Assembly: GCA_051942245.1 (NCBI GenBank) | Contig: JAVECL010000008.1 | Coordinates: 62,001 to 126,000 of the forward strand | Source: Trypethelium eluteriae | Taxonomy: Eukaryota | Length of the DNA: 64,000 bases | Direction: 5' to 3' | Shown here: positions 1 to 10,484 of the stretch, piece after piece | Numbering within the stretch: the stretch's first letter is position 1 | How the letters are laid out: each line of letters begins with the position of its first letter | The notes under the pieces: model-generated | What the model was told of the DNA's origin: nothing | Seen by the model: the letters and a program-made list of their open reading frames with translations, nothing else | Databases searched by the model: none | Made by a program: the position numbers and the translations under genes

Positions 1-644
1 ATGTCTGACGACGTCTGGGATTTTACAATGTAGGGAGCCTGTTGAACTCTTTCCCTCCCTTTTCACTTTTCCCCATGTACGGATTTCGCTTACTATCTTC
101 ATGTCCCTAGGAGAATAAATACCCGTTCCGTCTATCTCGGCTGCAAATACGCGATCTCACAATTTCTCTCCCAGCCCCTCCATCCCTCGGGCCACAAAGG
201 TTGGATTATCAATACGGCGTCCATGCTCGGACTCGTGGGGTTGAAACCCGGAGCGGGGGCGTACTGTGCCAGCAAAGGCGCCGTGGTGCTCCTGACGAAA
301 CAAGTTGCTGTGGAATATGCAGCTGAGAAGATTCATTGCAACTGTCTATGTCCGGGATGTGAGTTGGCAACAGCTTCCGAGCCCTCTTGGCAGTGATTCG
401 GGGGTTGGATGATGGGTATTTGTTTGTATGAAACTGATGAGGCAATGCAGATCTCCGAACTCCTATGACGGAGCCAATCTACGAGGACAAGCCGGTGAGG
501 GATGGTATCAATGCATTGACGCCGTGGGGAGACTGGGGCTCCGCGGACGACGTGGCGAAATGTGCTGTGTTTTTGGCGAGTGATGATGCGGCGTATGTGA
601 CAGGCCATCCACTGGTAATTGATGGGGGATATACAGCGCAATAG
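1..644 (+). CDS. Short-chain dehydrogenase/reductase (classical SDR), 3' part; 5' end probably outside the window
   Basis: Spliced translation (introns 30-110 and 359-451) gives ...WIINTASMLG...AYCASKGAVV (YxxxK)...IHCNCLCPG...VTGHPLVIDGGYTAQ*, stop TAG at 642-644. The Rossmann TGxxxGxG motif is missing, so the gene likely starts upstream. Confidence 0.9.
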
Positions 645-1183
645 GAGCATTTTATGGTAATGAAAAGATGCTCCTTTGATGACGACGAGCGTGAAGTTCT
701 GTCTGTGAGCATAAAGGATCCAATGCGAATTTTGCAGTGGAACATAGGATGGAACATCAAGACTCAAATGTTGAGCCAGTTTCCGCAACCGGAAATCAAG
801 GGACAATGAGCCACGTCCCCAGACCTGTTTTCAGATATTATTCCCGTACCTCATTACCTTCGCAGAGAAAGCTGTCTGGAAATCCGCCATCTCCAAAGAC
901 ACTTATTTTCATGATTCAGACAAAACTGCTTCTCCTTTTCATCTCTTAATTTTTCATATCACCGTCTTGACAGGCATGGCGACGGCTTCAAGCAATGGAG
1001 AAGCGCAGAAGAAATGGCTGGCCTCGCTGTCGATCTCTATATGGCATGGTGCTGAAGATTATACTATGGTGCACCTCTGTCAGCATGTGACGTGTAGTCA
1101 ATAAGCACGTCACAGAGTAGCTTCAGACCTTTGCTGAGCTGCCACTGTGCAATTAGCATGTTCTATAACATTTATTTAGTTAC

Positions 1184-4100
1184 TCAAGCGATATCAAGAC
1201 TCTCTAGTTTCCAGTCATTCAATGCTTTCATCGAAGAAAGTGTAAGGTGATGACTGGGACCTAGTATCTGCGTTCGTAGCTGAACACACTTGTTCATAAG
1301 CTTGACTGCCTCCTCGTTATGACCTTGTCCTTTCCATATGATGGCCAGAGTACTCATGCTGATCAGTGTATCAGGATGCTCTTCGCCAAGTACTTTCTTC
1401 CTCGTCTCCATCGCTATCACCCCCAGCTCCTCCGCCTCTTTCCATCGGCCTTGACCCCTGTACGTTAACGCCAGGCTGGCTATACTAATCAGTGTATTAG
1501 GATGCTCTAAGCCGAGCTTGGTCTTACGAGCTTGCATTACCTCCACGTCCAGCGCTTCTGCGTCCTGCCACCGGTCGAGCTTCCTATACGTCGATGCCAG
1601 ATCGGTCATGCTCTCCAGAGTATCGGGATGCTCTTTGCCAAGCGTCCTTTTCGTCATCTCCACTACGCGGAATGCCAGATCTTCCGCCTCCTGCAGCCGA
1701 CCTTGACTGCTATATATCAACCCCAACCAGCTCATTTTTCTGAGCGTTGCAAGATGATCCGTGCCAAGCACTCGTGAACTTGCATCTACCACTCGCATGG
1801 TTATTTCTTCAGCCTCGTTCCATCGGCCTTGATGCATGTACGCTTTCGCCACCATTGCCATACTTTCGAGTGTGTCTGGATGCTCCTTACCAAGTACCTT
1901 TATTCTTATCTCCATTACTTGTGTGTCGAGCTTTTCAGCGTCATTGCATCGACCTTGCTCCTTATACGCCCAAGCTAGGTCAAACATGCTGATCAGGGTA
2001 TCTGGATGCTTGATCGCCAAGCCCCCTTGCCCTTGCTTCTGTGACTCGCATAATCAGCTGCTCCGCTTCCTTCCATCGACCTTGACGCATATAGGTGATT
2101 GCCAGATTTTGTATGCATTCCAGCGTGACAGCATGTTCTGCCCCTAGAACTTGCAGACAGTGCCTAGTAGTCTGCTCTTCAAGTCTTTCCGCCTCGTTCC
2201 ATTTCCCTTGAACAGCATGCAACAGCACAATCTTAGCTGCGACAGTAAGTACATCAAGGTGGTAACTTCCTAGGAGCCTTCTTCTTGCCTCAATGACTTG
2301 TATGCCTAGCTCTTCAGCATCTTGGAAGAGACCTTTGTAACCAAGTATCAAAGCAAGACTATACATGCTATCTAACGTGTCTGGATGCTCCTTACCTAGC
2401 ATGCTTTCCCTCACCTGGACTACCTCTTGAAGTGGTGCCTCAGCTTCCGAATATCGGCCATCCTTGAACATGCTCATTCCATATTTGCATGCTAGACTTA
2501 GCTTTCTGTTGTCATTCGGCGAGACAAGTCCTGATTGCAAGGCATAAGATGCGTGCTGCAGAAGTATTCTCCATTGTGCCCTCTTTTGGTATTCATTGTT
2601 CGGGAACACATCATCCAATCGCGTAATTGCTACTTTGGTCCAATGAGAAAGCTCGCCCTCCTCCCGTAACCAACTCCGGGTCGCTAAGTGGACCAGTCGG
2701 TGGAGATCGAACACCGCTGCCTGTTCGCGTCTGGTGATAAATGAATAGGCTCGAAGCGTCCCTATCGCCTCCAGCTCTTGTCTACGCGACGATCCGGCCG
2801 GTAGTAGCGACTGTGGGATATCCTTTCGGTCTATGCACGCGATGAACGACAAATAGTCGGCTGCTAGTGCATCACGCCTCCGTATCTGCTCGAACGAGAT
2901 TAGCCACGTCGTAGCCACGGGATTCTTCATCCAAGGATATCTCCAGTCATCCTCGAAGGCCTCACTAAGGAGCTCAATGACAGCTTCCTCTTGTTCCCGC
3001 AGAAGTGAAAGATAGTCTGCAAGTGCCATACTGTTCTCGTTAATATATGCTACTGCTTGCACGATTGCTAAAGGGAGGTAGGTAAGCTCTCTGACTAGTG
3101 CTTTGGCATGTTGTTCAACATGGAGACCTGGATTGACTACAGACTTCTGAAGCAGCTGTATGGCTCCATCTTCCTCCATCTCCGGCAACTCGATAACGTT
3201 CGGGGCTGTAAGCTTGATAGCCGTCTTCTTGTCGCGCGTTGTAAACACGATACACCCTTGCTTGCTCTTCGGTAGGTACTCCTTCAAGCCGCCAGGGCCT
3301 GGTGTAAACCCTGGCTCAGACCCCGGTGTGCGGATCCGCATGCCCATCTCATCTGCATTGTCGAACACCAAGAGCCATGGTCGTGTTTCTGCCTGGCTCA
3401 AATGCGCCTGCACAAGCTTCTTGACGTCCGCCTTCTCTTCGTCCCACCCTGCTATGCCGAGCTGCTCAGCAATGTCTTGATATGCCTGGTGCAGACTGTC
3501 CATGTCTGTCGCTGGTATCCAAAATACCGAGCAATTCTTATACTTGGCTTGTGTTCGGTAGGCCAGCTTGAGAGCTAGCTGGGTCTTGCCGATTCCCCCA
3601 AGGCCTACAATTGCCGTCTTTGTAGTCTGTTCTCCGACAAACAGCTTCCCCTCGAGATCAGCTAATGAGGAGTCGCGGCCTGTGAATCGGTGGTTCCGTT
3701 CGAATGGTACGGTGAAGCAGCGATTCGCTATAGAGCAACTGTTAGCAAAAGGATACGAGCTACAAAAAGCGCCATACAAGCTGCTGAGACTCCATCGACC
3801 TCCCTTTCAAGCCGCCTTAGCGCATTCTCCCTTCCCTCGCCGTAGATAAGTGGCATAAAGATACTAAATATACCAAGAAGACAGTACGCGCTATCTTCCT
3901 CCTCTGTAGTTTGTCGTTTCGACGCCCACGCCATCCGCTCTGTCACGCTGAATGTGTCTAAGGGGTGCCCATCCAAAGCCATTCGAGGGATTCCGGTGAT
4001 TTCGTGGATTGGTCCAATTAGGCTATGCTTATCTCCAAGTCGCTCATACTGCGAAGAGTAGAATATGACTGACACCGGGGCGAGTAGTTCTTGGAGAGTC

Positions 4101-4519
4101 CAGCCTCGAGTGAACCATTTACTGCTACGGAACTCCGGTTCCCATGTGCTCCGGAAGATCTCTACGTTGGGACCTCTGGTAGATGTGGAAACATCAGATA
4201 AATAGACGTAGCACTTTGTGGCATTGCGGTACCACCGAAACATAGAATTTATGGCCTCGGTAAGCTCGGTAATGTTGCGCTTATCGATGCAGCACGTATC
4301 GACCCAAAAGTATTGCAAGCCATCGAGGGCGGCTTGCTCGCCGTAGAATACGATCTTGTGGTAGCCAACCTTGCTCTTGCCAGATCTGTTGACCAGGTCC
4401 AGGAAGGTGACCTCTTCAATCCCCCATCTATGTGATAGTATGGCGTATGGAGGAGTTTCGTCCCGGTTGAACTCTGCCCAAGCGACGTTGCCGTGTTTCT
4501 CGAGCGTTAAGAGACGCAT
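1184..4519 (-). CDS. Fungal NLR-like protein, HET + NB-ARC + about 10 TPR repeats; apparent +1 frameshift at 2009-2015
   Basis: HET motifs YAILSHRWG, YFWVDTCCID, EAINSMFRWY, WFTRGWTLQEL. A 50-nt intron 3777-3728 (GTATGG..GCTAAC..TAG) joins HET in frame to NB-ARC (Walker A GLGGIGKT, Walker B WLLVFDNAD, YLPLAI, HRLVH). 42-aa repeats QGRWxEAE...LGxEHPDTL are split over two ORFs. Confidence 0.92.
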
Positions 4520-5978
4520 AGCAACTCGATTCTCTACTGAGAGCGGAGCTGTGGGCAGTCCATGTACGAAATCATTTCAGAGCTCATCATAAAGTAAGGA
4601 GGTTAAGCACGCTCTGAATCCGAAACTCCAACTTCTCCCCGACTCCAAAGGAGCGACCGCTAGGCTTCATCTAGGCGACAGGGATCTACTTATCTCCCCT
4701 TATAGGCTCATGCCCAAGAACCCCAACTGTTGGGGATGTCTCTGGAACTTAAATTAGGATGGTGGTAAGACGGTAGCGCGGCCGCCAATGCTAATAATTC
4801 AGCCCAGCTAACGTTAACAGAACGATTAGAGGGTGAATTCTTTTGAGAATTCGTGACCCACCTCACCTTCAACCATCCTTAGGGTTAGAATTTACGGTTT
4901 TTATCATGTTACTGAAAGAAGCCTCCCCATAAAGTAGAGGGCAAAGTGGTAACGGTTGCATAATTTGCAGTCGCAACACGTTCCGGAGCCCTGGGGTGAC
5001 CCAATCACGGAATTCACGAAAGGAAAAGAGAGCGCCAATGATTGTAATAAAATTCAGACCGCTCCAAAGACAAAGTTCCGATGACTTAGCTCGCAACGTC
5101 GGGCGCTTAGTGCCCCTGAAGTTGCTGGTCTGAGGGCCATTGGAGGGTGAGTTCATCAGATGATAAAAGTTCCCTAGACTGCTCTTTCAGGTCGACAGAA
5201 TCCATCATTGAGAGCAAGAAATTGAGCTGTACTCCGTTTGGCTGTGCAAGTCAGGTGGTAGGACCGTGCATGCGAGGTAGTCCGAAAATGGCAGAACTGG
5301 AGGTTTGGGCTCTTCGACCACCGCGGGGGCCAAAACCATCTCGCCCATCTTGCACAACCCCTTTCCCTCGTTCGCCGCGCCGCTGTGCTCAATATTTCTC
5401 ACCAAAACCTCAACCTCTATGTCTAGCAGGAGGTCAAAACTTGTCCACTATTTCTCTCGGCAATTTTGCGGCCAAATGTGGAAGCTTGAGTGCTGGGAAG
5501 TTATGGAGTAATGCGCTAGTACTGTATTAGTGAGTGTTCCGATTCGAGTCTGCATGTCTTGTGTCAAAGGATGCAAGCTACTGCGACTAATGCAAAGATG
5601 CGCAGAGAATTGATATATCAACTTCGGCGTGTCTGGATGGCCAAGACAATGTCCTACATGAAAGGGAATGGGATGTGTGTCTCCTGTACTTTCTGCCTAA
5701 ATTAGAGTGCTTGGCGTGTATGCAAATTCGGCGGCTACGCTGAATCTGTGAGTCCGTCCATCAGCTTGACCAATGAGCTTAGAACTATATATGGCAGGAT
5801 TCTGAGAAGCGGCAAGGGCCGCTTTCAGGTCTACTGCAGGGCATTGCTTACTATCGGTAGGATACCTTGATGCTTCGTATCTTCTCATCTCCTTCGCAGT
5901 ATAACCTCTCCATTCGTTCAGACTTCTTTCGTAGAGGACCTGGGTTCCCCTTCTCTAATATGAGTGTCGTTGGAATCA

Positions 5979-8900
5979 ATGGCCCGCCAAGTCGCGCTCA
6001 AAGCTATCATATGCAGCCTTCTTGCAAGATATGTTTTCGCAGCAGGTCATTCGAATTCTAGTTTCTCCTTACGATCGTCGTCGTCGTCGTTATCTTCATC
6101 TTCTTCTTTGACTACGCCAGAGAGTAGCTCATCCTCAACTCCCTCAGCACACATCGGTGACTATATAGTGCAAGGTTTTGGTGGCGTAACTGCCGCTTCT
6201 TCATCTTCTTTGCCAACTGTCTCGACTGTTCTTTCTTCTGCCAATATCCACAATGCACTGTCAGCCGGACTTTCGAACAATACCCAATGGCAGCTCAACA
6301 CGACAAATCGAGGCGAATTACCAATACCACCAATGTGGGCTGGAAACTCTGAAGAGAGTTTTACCACTATCACCACCACTTTCTGGGATGATTGGAACAG
6401 CCGGACTGATACAGAGACATTCACCAGTACCAGCTTGCTGGCGCCGTCCTATTCTGAGTACAGAGGGCCCTCAATAGGAAGTGGAAGCTCCTTCGCTCAG
6501 ACCTGTAATGCTGCATCACAGGTCTGGTCTGCCGTTTATGAGTCATTGACGGCGACTATCACAACATCCGTAGTGCCCACATATTCCTACATCACGAATT
6601 ATCCACCCGGTCCTCATCCGACTTTTACTTTGTGCGACCACTATCCGAGAGCTCATGGTAGTCCAAATGTAACTAGGGTCCTGGCGAACGCTACCTATAC
6701 CACAGTAGTCACTATCACGACTGTATCGCCCAACCCTGCGCAGCCTCCGCCAGCTTGCAGCATAAATTCCGCAGACTGTGAACAACTGTGGAGCAGTTAT
6801 GAGCTTGACGGCAATTTCATTCTCGACACTCTTACAATTACAGGTGCACTTCAGCTAAGTATTTGGGGATCACCTGAGAAGTACAGCTACTGGTCGATTG
6901 CAGGCTCGGATTTCATAGCCCCACGAACGCCAGCATGCCCATCCTCAGATCTGACAACGCTGACCAGCACCTGTAATGAAGAAGCTCAATACTATCTCGG
7001 CGATGCCGCTAGTGAGAACAGCTGTCTCATCTACTCTGGACCCGTAAGATTGCTGTACTTTCCCCCAACTGACGATGGCAATGAGTTTTGCCACGTCAAT
7101 GCAACAACAAATTTCATACAACCTACTGGCACACCAGGAATACCAGAAACAGTGGAACAGTTTGGCACGACGTTTACTTCCGGCACTGCTTACCTCTCAT
7201 TCGAGACCTTGTACGCAAAGAATCGATGCGGTCAGACCGTGGGAACCCCAATTTCTAATTATTTCTATCCTTTGCCATCTAGCGAGGTTACGACCGAATG
7301 TGCAGGTAGTCTGCCGAAAAATGGGATAACTAGCAACTACATCACTGCGGTGGAGCAGCCCATGGGTCCCATCAATTACAACTATCTTAATGGACCGGTC
7401 CCTGCTTCAGTATACAAGTGCATGCCAAATTGCAACGGTGGTCTGCCTGGCTGGGAGACCTTGTGTCCGACCATATGGGATAACTATAATCCGGTATTGG
7501 CATTCCCTACCGGTTTGCTCAATCTTCAGGAGGCATGGCCTGCGTCTAATTGCTACTTTGATACCTTTTCCCTTTTTGAATTAGAGGGAGGCGGCAATCT
7601 TCTCTTCGACCCTCCATACTTGTTGACTCCAGTCAACGCTCCGGCTGTACTAACACCGACTACGGGCCTCATGGATCCCACAAGTACCACAACCCCAGCA
7701 CCGGCACCATATTCAAGCCAACCTCAAAAAGGAACAAGTACTCATCCTCCACCTACTCCACCACCTGCACCATTGCATTCATCTCAAAGAACCTCGCCCA
7801 CAGTAGCCCCCGATCCAAGCCCGAAGGCACCATCTGGGGGTCCAAGCAGACCATCACCAACCCCAGTCGATCCTCCGGGAGATCCACAAGACCCTTCTCA
7901 AGGATCGTGGCCGGCAGGAGATCCGGCGCCCCAGCAAGGAGATCCAGCAGGCTCAAAGGGAAGTGGAAATCCTACCTCTCCTCAATCCCCACATCCAGGC
8001 ACTGGAGGTAATTTTGACCACGGAGAAGCTCCTGGTCCGGATCCTGCACCCGATCCGCGACCTGTAGATCCATCTAATATTGGTGGAGACCTCGCGTCAA
8101 TTATCGCTCAGCCGCCACCTCACTCAGACCCAAGTAACTCAGATCCGAACCCAGCGTCAGGAAATGAAGATGACCCCGGCCGACTGCCCATTGTTGTAGG
8201 CGGGTCTGATTCTGGTTCGTCCGGTAGCGGCGAGCCACATAGCGGCTCCAACGCCGATCCTGGCAACATCGTCTCCCTACTCAACAGCCCTTCGAAAGTC
8301 AGCAACGGCAAACCACCACCAGCTCCACTCGCCACCATTGGCAGCCACACTGTCCAGGCGGGAGACCCAGCTAATCCAGGGGTCATCATCGACGGCTCCT
8401 CCCTTTCCGCAGGCGAAACCACCGTCATAGCCGGGACCCCCGTCTCCGTTGGTGCACATTCTCTCATCATGGGCAGTGCCACCACCATCCCTCGCGCCTC
8501 CGTCCTTGCCCACCCCAACGATCCAGTCACCACCATCGCCAACATCCCCATTCGCCCTGATCCAGCTGGTGCTCCTGGTTTCCTAGTCGGCTCGCGCACG
8601 CTCTCTCCCGGCGCATCCATGACCGTAGGAGGCACACTCCTATCCGTCGCATCGGACGGCGCTCTCGTCATCAGCAGCACGACAGCGCTCGCGCTCCCCG
8701 CCGGCAGCGCAGATAGCCCTGATCATGCATCCGGCGACGCAGATCGTGGTCCAGAGGGTGCGTCCGCTGTGTTCACCTTCGATGGCAAGTCCTATACCGC
8801 TCATGTAGGCTCCCCGCTTGTTGTGGACGGCGCAACGCTTATGCCCGGGGGACCTGCAGTGACCGTTGCAGATGGGGAGGTGCTGAGCCTGGCTTCCAAC

Positions 8901-9611
8901 GGCGTAGTCGTGGATGGTTCGCGGACATTTGCGTTCTCTGGTGACGGCGGTGCCACAGCTATCGCTGCTGATGTAGCGACAGGAGTGAGGGGTGAGGCGG
9001 TCATCACGCTTGGCGGACACGTGTATACTGCGCTTGAAGAGGGCGGAGGTGATGTGCTGCTCGGCTTGATGACGCTGACACCGGGTGAGGTGACGACGGT
9101 AGATGGGCAGCGGCTCAGTATAGGCACCGGGGGAGAGCTGGTGGTCGGTAGCGCAACTGAGGAATTTACGGTCGCTTTTACGAGTGCAGATCCCGGTGCA
9201 ATGAGCGAGGCGGTGGTTACGCTGGATGGGCACGCGGTGACGGCTGTGGAAGAGGGGCTGGAGGCTGTACTTGGGGGATCGATGACGCTGTCGTGGGGTG
9301 AAGTGACAACAATAGATGGAGAGACGGTGTCGTTCGGAGCTGGAGGACTAGTCGTAGATGGGCGGACAGTGAGCATGACAGCAATGTCTGGAACGAAGGC
9401 TGGGACTGCTTCTCCAGCGACGCCGACTGTGTCTGGCGCTAGTTCTGGGATCGGAAATGGTGGGATTACATCGGCTGCAAGCACAGGCGCACAAGGAACG
9501 GATGGACCTGGATCGAGTGCAAAGCGTAACATGAAATCTGGACATCAATGGCGTTGGACTTTACTGGTTCTGATGGTAGCTTGGGCTGTGGTTTTGGATC
9601 TCAGCAGCTAG
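5979..9611 (+). CDS. Large secreted, probably GPI-anchored cell-wall/adhesin-like protein (~1210 aa)
   Basis: First ATG at 5979 (MARQVALKAIICSLLARYVFA, signal-peptide-like). Then a Ser/Thr-rich region, a Cys-rich domain, a Pro/Asp/Gly linker, degenerate repeats (..DGxTLxPGGxxxTxxGxxLS..) and a C-terminal small-residue omega region plus hydrophobic tail WRWTLLVLMVAWAVVL. Confidence 0.85.
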   Translation: MARQVALKAIICSLLARYVFAAGHSNSSFSLRSSSSSLSSSSSLTTPESSSSSTPSAHIGDYIVQGFGGVTAASSSSLPTVSTVLSSANIHNALSAGLSNNTQWQLNTTNRGELPIPPMWAGNSEESFTTITTTFWDDWNSRTDTETFTSTSLLAPSYSEYRGPSIGSGSSFAQTCNAASQVWSAVYESLTATITTSVVPTYSYITNYPPGPHPTFTLCDHYPRAHGSPNVTRVLANATYTTVVTITTVSPNPAQPPPACSINSADCEQLWSSYELDGNFILDTLTITGALQLSIWGSPEKYSYWSIAGSDFIAPRTPACPSSDLTTLTSTCNEEAQYYLGDAASENSCLIYSGPVRLLYFPPTDDGNEFCHVNATTNFIQPTGTPGIPETVEQFGTTFTSGTAYLSFETLYAKNRCGQTVGTPISNYFYPLPSSEVTTECAGSLPKNGITSNYITAVEQPMGPINYNYLNGPVPASVYKCMPNCNGGLPGWETLCPTIWDNYNPVLAFPTGLLNLQEAWPASNCYFDTFSLFELEGGGNLLFDPPYLLTPVNAPAVLTPTTGLMDPTSTTTPAPAPYSSQPQKGTSTHPPPTPPPAPLHSSQRTSPTVAPDPSPKAPSGGPSRPSPTPVDPPGDPQDPSQGSWPAGDPAPQQGDPAGSKGSGNPTSPQSPHPGTGGNFDHGEAPGPDPAPDPRPVDPSNIGGDLASIIAQPPPHSDPSNSDPNPASGNEDDPGRLPIVVGGSDSGSSGSGEPHSGSNADPGNIVSLLNSPSKVSNGKPPPAPLATIGSHTVQAGDPANPGVIIDGSSLSAGETTVIAGTPVSVGAHSLIMGSATTIPRASVLAHPNDPVTTIANIPIRPDPAGAPGFLVGSRTLSPGASMTVGGTLLSVASDGALVISSTTALALPAGSADSPDHASGDADRGPEGASAVFTFDGKSYTAHVGSPLVVDGATLMPGGPAVTVADGEVLSLASNGVVVDGSRTFAFSGDGGATAIAADVATGVRGEAVITLGGHVYTALEEGGGDVLLGLMTLTPGEVTTVDGQRLSIGTGGELVVGSATEEFTVAFTSADPGAMSEAVVTLDGHAVTAVEEGLEAVLGGSMTLSWGEVTTIDGETVSFGAGGLVVDGRTVSMTAMSGTKAGTASPATPTVSGASSGIGNGGITSAASTGAQGTDGPGSSAKRNMKSGHQWRWTLLVLMVAWAVVLDLSS

Positions 9612-10484
9612 CGCCTATGGTATGGCATTACTTTGAAAGCGTGCGACAGTCTACCTCATATGAAAAGTAAATATCCTGACAAACTACCCATTCGGCGTCT
9701 ACTACACCCAGCAATCCTCCAGACGATCCGCACGACGATTACCCAACGACGGAATGAAGAGGCCGGAAAGGGAAGGTGTGGCGGGCGTTCACCACTGGAG
9801 CCTGGCTGTGGCGTCACCGAGGAATTTCGCGAAGAAGCAGGCTGCTATTTCCATCCTTAATCGAACCACATCAAAAGTTCAATCTCATACATTTGAAGTC
9901 CCAGCCAGTTGAGATCTTGGATTGCCTATCACTTTGATTTGATGGCTCTGGACTGAATAGCGACAGAGCACGGCGTTACCTCGACGTAGATCCTCCTACT
10001 CGATGTCGCCAGTGCGTGATTCTACACTGTGCTACCTCCACTATCCTGCGCAGAGGTCGCGACAAGTCGTATCTTACTAAGACGTGGACCCGCATTGTAA
10101 GCTACACAGTGCTGACTTTCTGTGTACTCGGGGTACTGTACTACCTTTCGAGATTTATCCCTTTCGGTGCCTTGATTCGTCCATCAGACTCGTATTCGAG
10201 AGCCACACTTTGCAAAGTCATGTTGGTATCGCCTATGCGGCTAGCATCTAGCGAAAGACCTCCAATCGATGACGTGAACGGACATGAAATAAAGCAATGC
10301 TCTCGAGTTCAGCTCGTCCTTAGCTTAATCGGCTTATCGCCACTGCATTTCACTCCAGGGTATAATTGCAATTCTGTGAGCACACAGTCCTTGGAAAGAT
10401 TCCGATCTTGCTTCATCGTACAAAATATTTGTCATTGATATCTCGGCATTTCTCGATGATCTCCCCTTCAACGCAAGACAAAAA

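Noticed and set aside
1086..1114. 9-bp inverted repeat TGTGACGTG/CACGTCACA (similar short palindromes near 4720 and 12328)
   Set aside because: Isolated short palindromes are expected in 64 kb; no TSD or copies to support a MITE.
4869..5530. Cluster of short ORFs between the NLR and the GPI gene; checked for an NLR-associated amyloid/HeLo partner
   Set aside because: No amyloid signalling motif or HeLo-like sequence seen, and the NLR already carries its own HET effector.
8120..9532. Long antisense ORFs over the GPI protein (also over SLD5, PIG3, NAT, SWE1 and others)
   Set aside because: Shadows of codon bias and low complexity on the real coding strand.
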